Notes: generated by a model not told the origin, from the sequence alone. Shown: positions 19,598 to 29,467, numbered from the stretch's first letter. The stretch: DNA of 64,000 bases from Pseudomonadota bacterium (GCA_036158955.1 JAYYFI010000018.1:35868-99867); one strand, 5' to 3'. Program-made: numbers and translations.

Positions 19598-19623
19598 TAC
19601 GCTATGTTCTCCCTGTCGGATCA
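19598..19623 (-). promoter_or_regulatory. putative sigma-E(ChrR-type)-dependent autoregulatory promoter: TGATCC-N16-CGTA
   Basis: The minus strand reads TGATCC-gacagggagaacatag-CGTAAAC, ending about 28 nt upstream of the rpoE ATG. It matches what I recall as the ECF11/RpoE-ChrR target promoter consensus (-35 TGATCC, -10 CGTA, 16-17 nt spacer). Confidence 0.4.
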
Positions 19624-19731
19624 TTTATCCTATTTTTAAGGTTTAATTTTTGCTTATTGGGTAAGAATAGCTACGTTTTTTTTAAAACTCAATTATCTCG
19701 AGATTCATAGATGTAACCTTATACTGTAGAA

Positions 19732-21072
19732 TTGACTAAAATTCTTAGTTTTCTTTTTAGTGAGTTTGGTTTCGTGGTTTATAAAATAGCAGTTATTGGT
19801 TCTGGTATCTCGGGTCTGAGTGCAAGCTGGGCGTTAGCCAAGCACCATAACGTGACATTGTTTGAAAAAAACTCCCGACTTGGTGGTCACGCTAACACAG
19901 TTACAATAGATATTGATGGTGGTTTACCAGTAGACACAGGTTTCATTGTTTATAATCAACAAAATTATCCATTTTTAACCGATTTTTTTGATTTTCTGAA
20001 TGTGAATACACAAAAAAGTAATATGTCTTTTTCGGTGTCGCTCGACGATCGTGACTTTGAATATTCCTCCAATTTACTAGAGTTAGTTTTTGATAGGAAA
20101 AAATGGTTTAGTCGTCGATACAGGAATCTATTTTTTGGTCTGGTGAAGTTTTATACCTCCAGTTTACATTCTGCTGACTACGATGATTCGACAAGCTTGT
20201 ATGAATATTTAAAAACAAGGCAATTTAATGACCAATTCATTTGGGATCATATTGTTCCAATGTGCTCCGCTATTTGGTCGTGTGATTTTAATTCTGTGAA
20301 AAACAGTCCCGCTGCCTCCTTTGTGTCTTTTTTTTCAAACCATCAATTAGCTAAACTATTCGGCAGGCCAAGATGGCGTACAGTGTCTGGTGGGAGTCAG
20401 GAATATATAGCCAAAATTTTAGAAGACTCTGATAACTTAGTTGTAAAAACCAGTATGAATCTAGAAACCGTTCAGAGAGGCAAAGAGGGTATTACTTTGT
20501 GTTTCAGAAATGGAGAAAAAAAGAGTTTTGATAAGTTAATTTTTGCTACTCATTTTGATGAGGCTTTGAATTTACTTCAAAATCCTACGCTTGAAGAACA
20601 AGAAATTCTTTCGGGCATCAATTACTCTAGAAATCTTGCGGTCTTGCATGAAGATGACAGAGAAATGCCGATGAGGAAAAGCACTTGGTCTGCGTGGAAT
20701 TTTATCGGGTCTGGTAACGATTCTTTTGAAAAAGTAAGGGTGAGTTATTGGATGAATAAGTTACAAAATCTTCCAACAAAACGGCAACTCTTTGTAACTC
20801 TTAATCCCCAATCCGAGTTAAACGAGATCCATTATCAAACTCATTACACGCATCCAATTTTTGATGTAAACGCGAATGAGATAAAAATTAGATCTATAGA
20901 GATTCAAGGAAAAAATAATACGTGGTTTTGTAGCGCCTGTCTCGGCGATGGATTTCATGAGGATGGTCTTCAGGCAGGGTTGTGGGTGGCAAAACAAATT
21001 ATAAACAAGCTTCCGTTAACGAGAAACAAAAAATTTAATCGGTTGCCTAAATCGTATCAAAAGAGTTATTAA
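19732..21072 (+). CDS. FAD-dependent oxidoreductase (amine-oxidase-like; RSP1090-type member of the singlet-oxygen regulon)
   Basis: KIAVIGSGISGLS dinucleotide-binding motif and the amine-oxidase flavoprotein family. The likely true start is the in-frame GTG at 19774 (VYKIAVIG...). Confidence 0.8.
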   Translation: MTKILSFLFSEFGFVVYKIAVIGSGISGLSASWALAKHHNVTLFEKNSRLGGHANTVTIDIDGGLPVDTGFIVYNQQNYPFLTDFFDFLNVNTQKSNMSFSVSLDDRDFEYSSNLLELVFDRKKWFSRRYRNLFFGLVKFYTSSLHSADYDDSTSLYEYLKTRQFNDQFIWDHIVPMCSAIWSCDFNSVKNSPAASFVSFFSNHQLAKLFGRPRWRTVSGGSQEYIAKILEDSDNLVVKTSMNLETVQRGKEGITLCFRNGEKKSFDKLIFATHFDEALNLLQNPTLEEQEILSGINYSRNLAVLHEDDREMPMRKSTWSAWNFIGSGNDSFEKVRVSYWMNKLQNLPTKRQLFVTLNPQSELNEIHYQTHYTHPIFDVNANEIKIRSIEIQGKNNTWFCSACLGDGFHEDGLQAGLWVAKQIINKLPLTRNKKFNRLPKSYQKSY

Positions 21073-21848
21073 TGGAAATATCTGCCATATACAATGGGAC
21101 AGTGATGCACGAACGTCATGAAGAAAAGCACCATAGGTTCAAATATCCTTTAACCTACTTTTCACTCGCTTTAAAAGAGCTTCCAAATTTAAGTAAAGTT
21201 TCCCCCTTTTTCGCATGGAACAAATCTGCTTGGTTTAGCTTTCATGATTGCGATCATGGATTAGGAGACAGCTATAGGCTCGAAAATTTTTTTCAAATGT
21301 GCCTAAGTCGGGCCGGCTTTGAAATTGATGGATTTGAATTTGTGATAATGGGACTCCCAAGAGTTTTAGGCTACACATTCAGTCCAATTTCTTTTATCTA
21401 CTGTTACAAAAATGGACGAATAGAATCTATGATTTATGAGGTTAATAATACTTTCAACGAACGAATATTTTATGTCCTTCCTGTTTTGGAACAACCAATT
21501 CGACAAACTTGCAATAAAAAAATGACAGTTTCACCATTTTTCGACGTATCAGGGTTTTATAAATTCCGAATTTCCTCGTTAGGTGAGAAGATTTCAAATG
21601 CGATTGAATATTCCGATGGGCAAAATTTAAAAATGAGAGCCTTATTTAGGGGGGAAAGACGTCCATTTAATTCAAGACAAATTCTAAAAATGCTGGTAAG
21701 TTATCCTTTCCAGTCATATAAGATAATAGCATCAATTCATTTTGAGGCTTTGTTACTTTGGTTAAAAGGATTGCCTGTTATTAAAAGACAATCTATGGGC
21801 TCTGTTGGAATCGTAGTTAATGAACAACTAGAAATAATTAAACGATAA
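21072..21848 (+). CDS. DUF1365-family protein (conserved partner of cyclopropane-fatty-acid-synthase-like genes)
   Basis: 258 aa. Its start overlaps the upstream stop (ATG/TAA overlap). DUF1365 is the conserved partner of the amine oxidase and CFA synthase in sigma-E/ChrR regulons. Confidence 0.75.
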   Translation: MEISAIYNGTVMHERHEEKHHRFKYPLTYFSLALKELPNLSKVSPFFAWNKSAWFSFHDCDHGLGDSYRLENFFQMCLSRAGFEIDGFEFVIMGLPRVLGYTFSPISFIYCYKNGRIESMIYEVNNTFNERIFYVLPVLEQPIRQTCNKKMTVSPFFDVSGFYKFRISSLGEKISNAIEYSDGQNLKMRALFRGERRPFNSRQILKMLVSYPFQSYKIIASIHFEALLLWLKGLPVIKRQSMGSVGIVVNEQLEIIKR

Positions 21849-23035
21849 TGTTAGCAGAAAAATTAACAATCTTTCTATTAAAAAAATTTTTCGCAAAACT
21901 CGAGAATGGTGAATTAATTGTTGAATTGCCTTCTGGGCAAAAGGTATTGCTAGCTAGCAAAAATGCAACTACAACGCGCGTCTCAATTAGGTTAAATAGT
22001 TACAAACTGGTTCCCTTACTACTTTTTAAAGGTGGCCTAGGGGCAGGTGAGTCTTATATAAAAGGCTATTGGTGTACACCCGATTTAAAAAAAATCCTAG
22101 AATTTGCTGCAACCAACCGAAGTCCTCTTTCAAAGGAGTTTAGAGGATACAATACAGCAAAATTTTTCGATAAGGCTTTGCACTTTTTTAGGCAGAATTC
22201 CATTAACAAGGCAAAAAAAAACATCGCCGCACACTACGATTTAGGGAATAATTTCTATGGCCAATGGTTAGATGAGTCGATGACTTATTCCTCAGCTATT
22301 TTTGATGATTTTTCAGATAACTTGCAGCAAGCTCAGAATAATAAGTATGCGAGATTGTGCGATTTAGTGGAGTTAGCATCGGATGATAGTGTGTTGGAAA
22401 TTGGGTGTGGATGGGGTGGTCTTATCAATTATATAAAAAGAAGGTATTCTTGCGATACCAAGGCGATCACTATTTCAGAAGAACAATATAAATTTGTTAC
22501 CAAAAAAAATACTGCTCTGGGTAGCAATGATAAAAGTGTGGTGAGCCTTTGCGATTATCGTGATTTGCGGGGTGAGTTTGATAAAATTCTATCGATTGAA
22601 ATGATCGAGGCTGTGGGCGCTAAATATTGGCCAGTTTTTTTCGGCAAACTGAAAAGTTCACTTAAAGATGGTGGGGTTATAGGGCTGCAGGCAATTACCA
22701 TCGCGGAAGATTATTATGAGGATTATGAAAAGAATACTGATTTTATTCAACGCTATATATTCCCAGGGGGGATGCTTCCGACTTTACAAATTATTAAGCT
22801 ACTGAGTAAGGGGGCTGGCTTACAAGTGGTTACAGGTTGTGATTATGCTCAGCACTACGCTGCCACTTTAGAGCATTGGAGAGATAGATTCCATAAAGCT
22901 TGGCCTAGACTGAAGAAGCAGGGGTTCGATGACCGGTTTCGAAGGACATGGGATTATTACCTAGCTTACTGTCAAGCGGGCTTTTCTCAGGGTATGCTTA
23001 ACGTATGGCAACTAAGGCTTGAGCATGATGCTTAG
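21848..23035 (+). CDS. cyclopropane-fatty-acyl-phospholipid synthase-like SAM-dependent methyltransferase
   Basis: SAM-binding motif VLEIGCGWGG and the CMAS-family core. Its start overlaps the previous stop. Confidence 0.85.
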   Translation: MLAEKLTIFLLKKFFAKLENGELIVELPSGQKVLLASKNATTTRVSIRLNSYKLVPLLLFKGGLGAGESYIKGYWCTPDLKKILEFAATNRSPLSKEFRGYNTAKFFDKALHFFRQNSINKAKKNIAAHYDLGNNFYGQWLDESMTYSSAIFDDFSDNLQQAQNNKYARLCDLVELASDDSVLEIGCGWGGLINYIKRRYSCDTKAITISEEQYKFVTKKNTALGSNDKSVVSLCDYRDLRGEFDKILSIEMIEAVGAKYWPVFFGKLKSSLKDGGVIGLQAITIAEDYYEDYEKNTDFIQRYIFPGGMLPTLQIIKLLSKGAGLQVVTGCDYAQHYAATLEHWRDRFHKAWPRLKKQGFDDRFRRTWDYYLAYCQAGFSQGMLNVWQLRLEHDA

Positions 23036-23039
23036 ATGA

Positions 23040-23492
23040 TTAATTTGAGGTATCTTTGATTCTTTTCCTGACAAAATCGACAGCAGAACCTAGGAGTGGA
23101 ATTATGCGATAAATGCTCGAGCTGGGATCCCAAAAATCTTCGTGCCGAGTTATAAGACCCTGTTGCGACAGTTCTACTAAAGTCATTCCATCTATTTGAA
23201 CTGGTTTGAAAGACTTTTTATGTCGCATTTTTAACCTCCAGTTGAATGAAGAGAAATTATTTCCGGCAGTAGCGTTATAAAAAATTTTTTTTGTTTTGAA
23301 ATCTATTTGGTCAAACGTTAAAAACATCGTGTCAAGAATTGCGGTATACTTTTCAATTCCTTTTGTTTGATGGAATGGGTCCGAAAAGATTATATTTTGA
23401 TCAACAAATTGATTAAGAGCTCTTAGACTATTCGGAGTCAGTTTTTCTAAAAAATTGCAGTATGAGATAGTTGATTTTTCAAATGTATTCAT
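23040..23492 (-). CDS. hypothetical protein, possibly NTF2/SnoaL-like fold
   Basis: 150 aa with no clear motif. Size and composition are consistent with a small alpha+beta protein. It is convergent with the CFA-synthase-like gene, 4 nt apart. Confidence 0.3.
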   Translation of the reverse strand: MNTFEKSTISYCNFLEKLTPNSLRALNQFVDQNIIFSDPFHQTKGIEKYTAILDTMFLTFDQIDFKTKKIFYNATAGNNFSSFNWRLKMRHKKSFKPVQIDGMTLVELSQQGLITRHEDFWDPSSSIYRIIPLLGSAVDFVRKRIKDTSN

Positions 23493-23509
23493 TCGAGTGT
23501 ACTTTTTGT

Positions 23510-23553
23510 CTTTGAAAAATAAGAGGTGCAGAGGCTGAACACCGCGGCCTGCA
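23510..23553 (-). terminator. possible intrinsic terminator downstream of the Fe-ADH gene, inside a local GC-rich island
   Basis: The minus strand reads TGCAGGC-cgcggtgttca-GCCTCTGCA followed by CCUCUUAUUUUUC. The stem is imperfect. Next to it is a G8 homopolymer at 23556-23563. Confidence 0.3.
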
Positions 23554-23645
23554 AAGGGGGGGGAGGAAAGCTAGTCGAGATGTACAGCTTCTGCTATAAG
23601 AGTGTACGGAGTTCGGAGTTTTCCGGATCATAGGTTAATATCAAC

Positions 23646-24785
23646 TCACCAGGCTTGCAAAAGGATCTTTTCAATTTCGCTAGCGTCAGTTAGCGGGATG
23701 GGATTTGTCTCCAGCCATTTATCGTTGAGGCATTCCTGCGCCAAACTGGGTAATAAATTTCTCGGGATGTTGCAGTCCCTTAAACGAGTGGGCAGCCCAA
23801 GTAAACTAACCAATCCACTAATTGCTTCATGTAACTTTCCCCCCTTTCTTTCAATCTGTTGACTAAGTTCACCCTGTCTTTTTGCTGTGACTGAGAAGTT
23901 ATAGGCTAAAACATGCGGAAGCATTACGCAGGAGGTTTCACCATGTGGCATCCCAGCGCTTCCGCCAAGAATATGTCCAATACCGTGGCTTGCGCCTAAA
24001 TCAAGACCACCAGCGACTCCTTGGACTGAGAGCCAAGCTCCAATCTGACAATCTCGTCTTGCTTTTAAAGAATGCTTGTCAGATTTAACTTGTTCCAATG
24101 AGTGCATTAAAATTTTAAATCCCCGAAGCGCCATTGCCGCATGTGTTGGTGCTGCTTCGAAGGAGCACCATGTTTCTACCGCATGGTCGATAGCTCTTAC
24201 TCCGGTACCAAAAAAGAGTCTGTTAGGAGTATCGAGAGTGAGCCATGGATCCAGTATTATCACCGACGGAGGTAATTGTTTGTTGAAAAAAACTTCCTTT
24301 GTTGGAACTCTTTCATCAGTGATTCCGGCAAAGCAAGTGAATTCTCCTGCGGACAAGGTAGTAGGGAGTGCAATTAGTTTGGATTGAGGTGGTCGAAATT
24401 GTTTTTCCTCTTTAAGTTGGTCTATGTCCTCTATGCAGTTAAATCCATTTGTTGCTCCGATATTCGCTACTTTAAGAGTGTCACATACTGAACCACCGCC
24501 TAATCCTAGAGTAATATTGATATTATTTTCCCTCAGAATTTTTGAGACTTTTATCACGTCATTGCGAGGAGAATGGGCTTTTAATCCTGTGCATATAATG
24601 ACGTTTTGGGGTTTGAGAATATTTTTTATACGCTGCATAGCTGCTGAATCTGCTAGAGAAGTATTCGTAGCCACGAGTATATTGAGTTCTTTCAATTCAC
24701 ATAGAACGTGATTGAGACTTTGCTCTAAAGTTTCTTCAAAATAAACCTGATGCGGATGGGATGACTCAAAAATACCTTTTCTCAT
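23646..24785 (-). CDS. iron-containing alcohol dehydrogenase family protein (maleylacetate-reductase-like)
   Basis: Fe-ADH family GGGS motif (GLGGGSVCD) plus the conserved His cluster for metal binding. 379 aa. Confidence 0.8.
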   Translation of the reverse strand: MRKGIFESSHPHQVYFEETLEQSLNHVLCELKELNILVATNTSLADSAAMQRIKNILKPQNVIICTGLKAHSPRNDVIKVSKILRENNINITLGLGGGSVCDTLKVANIGATNGFNCIEDIDQLKEEKQFRPPQSKLIALPTTLSAGEFTCFAGITDERVPTKEVFFNKQLPPSVIILDPWLTLDTPNRLFFGTGVRAIDHAVETWCSFEAAPTHAAMALRGFKILMHSLEQVKSDKHSLKARRDCQIGAWLSVQGVAGGLDLGASHGIGHILGGSAGMPHGETSCVMLPHVLAYNFSVTAKRQGELSQQIERKGGKLHEAISGLVSLLGLPTRLRDCNIPRNLLPSLAQECLNDKWLETNPIPLTDASEIEKILLQAW

Positions 24786-24880
24786 AAATTTCCCCCAAGT
24801 AATGTTATCTGTGATTTGATCGTTGCTAAAATACTGTATTATACATATAAATTAAGTCGGATTTTTCGAGGACCAATAGA

Positions 24881-26089
24881 TTGCAAATACTTGAAGGAAT
24901 AAAAGTTCTTGATATTACCCAGTACCTTGCTGGTCCCACTGTAGGGAGATTAATGGCAGAACTTGGGGCAGAGGTGGTTAAGATTGAGATTGCACCAGAC
25001 GGAGATCCATCGAGGTCCTTGCCCGTGTCAAAAAAGGGAACGAGTGGATATTTCGTTCAGCAGAATAGGGGTAAAAAAAGTGTAGGGCTCGACATAAAAA
25101 AACCCGGCTCTAATCAAATCATTGAAAGACTATTAAAGCATGCTGACGTGTTTGTGGAAAACTTGGGTCCCGGTGTGCTAGAAAAAAGGAAATGGGATTG
25201 GAAAAATGTAAGGAAACTGAATGATAAGCTGATTATGGCCTCAATCTCAATGTACGGAAAAACCAGTCAACTATCACATAAAACAGGGTATGATTGGGCG
25301 GCTCAAGCATTTTCTGGTCTAATGCATATGACTGGTGAAAGAAATGGTCCTCCCACTCCGGTGGGTATCGGAATCGCTGATGTGGGAGCCGGCGTGCACG
25401 CATTTGCTGGGATAGGGATGGCTTTATTTCATCGAATGAGAACGGGTAAGGGTCAGTTTATCGATATAAGTATGGTGGATGCTCTTTTTCATATGCATGA
25501 TCTATCTATACAAGGTTCATCACTATCCGAGGAAAACTGGAAACCAAAGCGGTGTGGAACGCATCATGAATTGATAGCTCCGTTTGGAGTATTTGAAGGT
25601 CCAACCGGATTTTTAGTTATCTTATCGTTGCAACGCCAGTGGCCTCTTGTGTGTGAGGCGATGAATAAACCTGAGCTAATCGACGACACCAGATTCTATG
25701 ACTTAAAGTCAAGAGCGCAAAATCAGGAAAGTTTAAAAGTAATTATTGAAAGTTGGGCAAAAGGCTTTAGCCATAACGATGAGGTGCTTGAAATATTTGA
25801 AAGCTACAGAGTTCCAGCAGCGCCAGTCTTAGAACCTGATGAAGCTATTAACCACCCTTACTTTAAGTCACGAGAACAGGTTAGAGAAATCTATGATGAC
25901 ACCTTGGGAAAATTTTTGATTCCTGGGTTTCCATTTAAATTTTCTGATCAAACTACTTCTTTGTCACTCAAAGCGCCATATCTTGGTCAGCACAACCGCG
26001 AGGTGGTAATAGAACAACTTGGGTTTTCTGAAAGTGAATTTATGATGTTTGAAAAGGATAACATTTTGGTTTCTAAAATGAATAAGTGA
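24881..26089 (+). CDS. CaiB/BaiF family-III CoA-transferase
   Basis: KVLDITQYLAGPTVGRLMAELGAEVVKIE N-terminal signature. It is paralogous to 12044-13210. Confidence 0.85.
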   Translation: MQILEGIKVLDITQYLAGPTVGRLMAELGAEVVKIEIAPDGDPSRSLPVSKKGTSGYFVQQNRGKKSVGLDIKKPGSNQIIERLLKHADVFVENLGPGVLEKRKWDWKNVRKLNDKLIMASISMYGKTSQLSHKTGYDWAAQAFSGLMHMTGERNGPPTPVGIGIADVGAGVHAFAGIGMALFHRMRTGKGQFIDISMVDALFHMHDLSIQGSSLSEENWKPKRCGTHHELIAPFGVFEGPTGFLVILSLQRQWPLVCEAMNKPELIDDTRFYDLKSRAQNQESLKVIIESWAKGFSHNDEVLEIFESYRVPAAPVLEPDEAINHPYFKSREQVREIYDDTLGKFLIPGFPFKFSDQTTSLSLKAPYLGQHNREVVIEQLGFSESEFMMFEKDNILVSKMNK

Positions 26090-26099
26090 GAAATCAGTA

Positions 26100-26876
26100 G
26101 TGGCAAGTATATTCAATCTTAATGGAAAAACAGCAATAGTAACGGGATCTAGTCGTGGTATTGGAAAGGAGATCGCAAGGCATCTTGTTTTTTATGGAGC
26201 AAATGTTGTCATAAGTAGTAGGGATCTTGTGGCGTGCGAAAATACAGCTTCGGAAATAAACTTCGAAAAAAAACAGGAAAATGGCCTCGCTTTTCCCATA
26301 GCTGCTCATATCGGGAAACATGAAGATTTAAAAAAATTAGTTAGGTTAACAACGGAAAGATTTGGGCCTCCCGATATCCTTGTTACTAATGCAGCTATCA
26401 ATCCAGTTTATGGACCAATGTTATCTATGAAAGATGAAGAATTTTCAAAGATTTTGAATACAAACGTGGTTGCAAATTTTCATCTCATTAAGTTAGTAGC
26501 TGCGGGAATGAAAAAGAAAAAATCAGGTTCGATAATTGTTGTCTCTTCAATAGGAGGAATAAGAGCAGATGATAATATTGGTGGTTATTGTGTGTCAAAA
26601 GCCGCTGATTTACAGATGGTCAGAAATCTTGCTTCGGAATTTGGAAAGTTTGGTATTAGGGTAAATGCAATTTCACCTGGTTTGGTCAAGACCGAATTTG
26701 CTCGTAAGTTATGGGAAGATAAGGAAGTAACTTCTGTAATTGAGAAAAAAACCCCATTAGGGCGTTTGGGTAGACCGGAAGAATTCGGAGGAATTGCTGT
26801 ATTTTTGGCTTCCGAAGCCTCTAGTTTTGCGACCGGGCAGAATTTTATTATTGATGGTGGTGCTTCCATTATTTAA
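26100..26876 (+). CDS. SDR-family oxidoreductase (FabG-like)
   Basis: TGSSRGIGKEIA Rossmann motif, catalytic S-Y-K (YCVSK) and a NAA motif. It has a GTG start directly after the upstream stop. Confidence 0.85.
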   Translation: MASIFNLNGKTAIVTGSSRGIGKEIARHLVFYGANVVISSRDLVACENTASEINFEKKQENGLAFPIAAHIGKHEDLKKLVRLTTERFGPPDILVTNAAINPVYGPMLSMKDEEFSKILNTNVVANFHLIKLVAAGMKKKKSGSIIVVSSIGGIRADDNIGGYCVSKAADLQMVRNLASEFGKFGIRVNAISPGLVKTEFARKLWEDKEVTSVIEKKTPLGRLGRPEEFGGIAVFLASEASSFATGQNFIIDGGASII

Positions 26877-26902
26877 TAATCGTCTTTAATTGAGAGCAAA
26901 CT

Positions 26903-29467
26903 ATGTTAAATACTATTGAGGAATTAAAATCAACGAGAAAAGAGATTTTACACGTTTGTGAAAAAAGATTAGACGGTCGAAATAATGGACGAGCTATCGT
27001 TAAAAACTTTTCGTCCTCTGTTGATGATTTTATTATTTCAGTGTGGCAAGACTGCGCCAAATCATTAATTGAAGATGTGGACTTAATAGCGATCGGAGGT
27101 TTTGGTCGCTCGGAATTATGTCCTCACTCAGATTGGGATTTGTTAGTACTAGTTGGTGATGACTTGTCGCATGAATTGAAAAAATTACTTTCAAGATTCG
27201 CACAAATGATTTGGGACTCTGGGGCAAATTTTTCTCATTCTGTTAGGAGTGTTAAGGAGGCTAAGGCTTTTTTCGAAATAGATCACCATGCTAGAACAGC
27301 ATTTTTAGAATCAAGACTATTAGCAGGGGAGGGACGGCTATATAGTGAATTATCTAGAACTGAAGCGGTAGAAAATTGGGACTTGCACAGACAAAAAAAC
27401 TTTTGCTTGCAAAAACTAGAGGAGTCAAAAGTTCGAAGAGCAAAATTTGGAAATACAGCCTTTTGCATGGAGCCAAATGTTAAAAATGGTAAGGGAGGTT
27501 TAAGAGATGTAAGCACCATATTTTGGTTATCAATGGTTTGGTATCGTGTTTCGGCGGCCCGTAAACTAATAAATGAAAAAATTGTAAGCGAAACAGAATT
27601 TGATGGTTTTGTAAAAGCGAGAGATTTTCTTTGGAGAGTACGTACTGCCCTACATCTGGAATCAGGTAGAGAGAATGACATATTAAGTTTTGAGTACCAA
27701 CTCAAATTAGCAAGGCGTTTACGCTACAGGGGAACAAATGATTCTCAAACAGCGGAAAGATTCTTAAAAAATTATTTTTTAAAAGTAAAAACCATAGCTG
27801 AATTAACTGATATATTTTTGCTTCATTTCGAAGAGAGGATTAATCCAAGCCCACCGACTAAGTCTCATATATTAGGTGGTTGTATTAAAATATCTGGCGG
27901 AGTTTTATCGGTAATTGATGAGGAGAAATTTTTAACAAATGCAGCCAACTTAATGGAAGTTTTTCGTTTGTCGCAGATTTATGATGTTGCTCTTAACAGC
28001 AACACATTACGCCTCATCCGATTAAATAAAAATCTACTTAACTCTAGCTCGAAAACAAAGTCAAAGCTTGGTGCATTATTTTTATCCATCCTTCAATCAG
28101 ACCTACATGTCTCTAGAAGTCTACAACTTATGCACGAAACAGGAGTTCTAGGTAGATTTTGTTTAGATTTTCAAAAAATTACCGGCTTCGGGCAATTCGA
28201 TCGATACCACCATTTTACTGTCGATGCCCATACTATCAGAGGCATTTCTTTCATGAATAACTTTAATCTGATTGAAGAAGGTAAGATGAATTTGGCTTTC
28301 TTGTCGAACTTGAAAATGTCGCTAGAAAAACCAGAATTACTTTACATCGCGGTTCTTTACCATGATATCGCTAAAGGTCGGGGGGGTGACCATTCAAAAA
28401 TCGGGGCGGATCTTGCTCAAAAATTTTGTAAAAGATTAGGTTTAACTGACTATGACGCCGAACTAGTCTCTTGGCTAGTTTTGAATCACTTGGTTCTTTC
28501 TAAAACAGCTCAACACTTTGATATTAATGATAGAAATATTGTTGAGGAATTTGCCGTTTTTGTCGGAGAAAGGGAGAGATTAATAGCATTGTTTTTGCTA
28601 ACAATTGTTGATGTGGCGGCAGTGGGTCCCGGAACTCTTACTGAATGGAAAAAACATCTTTTTTTTCAACTTTTTCACTCAACAGATAATTTAATGCGGA
28701 CGGGACAAATGCCATCAAGCTCACAAGAGCTGCGGATAAAATCTAGGAAAAAAGCTGTCATTTCTTTGTCGGCAGCTGAAAAAAGTAAGGCAATTGAATC
28801 GGTGTTAGATATTCTACCAGGTTCGTTAATTCTAAATAGTTCGCCAGTTATTACTCTTGAATTCTGTACTATGCTAAATAATTATTCTGGCGTAAAAATC
28901 ATTTCTGAAGAGGAACGAGGATTTACCAAAATATTAGCTTGGGGTGAGGACCGGAGTGGATTATTTGCCTCTTTAGCCGCGGGTTTGGCTGATCTCAACG
29001 TTAAAATTGTTACCGCTAACGCATACACTTTGAAAGATAGCAGGGTTATGGATGTGTTTCATATCACGGACCACAATGATCAAGCCTTGTTGGAAAAAAA
29101 TCATCTTAATCGTATTAAAGCGCAATTGAACAAAATATTGACTAATACCTTAGATGTAAACGTTGAGAATACAATCAACCCTGATATTTTAATGAGGGCA
29201 TTGCCAGTTTCTGTCAAACAACATGAAAGTGCCGGCCATAACGTAACTGCGATAGAAGTGGTAGCTGCCGACCGAAAAGGTTTGCTTGCAACCCTGGCAA
29301 GCGCTTTATTATCAGAGGAGTTAGTTTTAAAAGGAGTAAGCGCTAGTACTTTTGGAGAAAAAGCGGTGGACATGTTTTTCTTAGTTTCTAAAAATGGAGC
29401 ACGACTTAGTGCCCAGCAAACCAGCGGAGTTATAGACAGGCTGAAAGCTGTAGCCCGTATTGATTAG
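26903..29467 (+). CDS. glnD: bifunctional [protein-PII] uridylyltransferase / uridylyl-removing enzyme GlnD
   Basis: 854 aa with a nucleotidyltransferase domain (GGFGRSELCPHSDWDL), a central HD domain (HDIAKGRGGDHS) and two C-terminal ACT domains. Confidence 0.9.
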   Translation: MLNTIEELKSTRKEILHVCEKRLDGRNNGRAIVKNFSSSVDDFIISVWQDCAKSLIEDVDLIAIGGFGRSELCPHSDWDLLVLVGDDLSHELKKLLSRFAQMIWDSGANFSHSVRSVKEAKAFFEIDHHARTAFLESRLLAGEGRLYSELSRTEAVENWDLHRQKNFCLQKLEESKVRRAKFGNTAFCMEPNVKNGKGGLRDVSTIFWLSMVWYRVSAARKLINEKIVSETEFDGFVKARDFLWRVRTALHLESGRENDILSFEYQLKLARRLRYRGTNDSQTAERFLKNYFLKVKTIAELTDIFLLHFEERINPSPPTKSHILGGCIKISGGVLSVIDEEKFLTNAANLMEVFRLSQIYDVALNSNTLRLIRLNKNLLNSSSKTKSKLGALFLSILQSDLHVSRSLQLMHETGVLGRFCLDFQKITGFGQFDRYHHFTVDAHTIRGISFMNNFNLIEEGKMNLAFLSNLKMSLEKPELLYIAVLYHDIAKGRGGDHSKIGADLAQKFCKRLGLTDYDAELVSWLVLNHLVLSKTAQHFDINDRNIVEEFAVFVGERERLIALFLLTIVDVAAVGPGTLTEWKKHLFFQLFHSTDNLMRTGQMPSSSQELRIKSRKKAVISLSAAEKSKAIESVLDILPGSLILNSSPVITLEFCTMLNNYSGVKIISEEERGFTKILAWGEDRSGLFASLAAGLADLNVKIVTANAYTLKDSRVMDVFHITDHNDQALLEKNHLNRIKAQLNKILTNTLDVNVENTINPDILMRALPVSVKQHESAGHNVTAIEVVAADRKGLLATLASALLSEELVLKGVSASTFGEKAVDMFFLVSKNGARLSAQQTSGVIDRLKAVARID

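Noticed and set aside
23493-23645. GC-rich patch considered as a possible tRNA or other RNA gene
   Set aside because: It has no cloverleaf features (no GTTCRANYC T-loop, no acceptor-stem pairing). I kept it only as a possible terminator or structured element.
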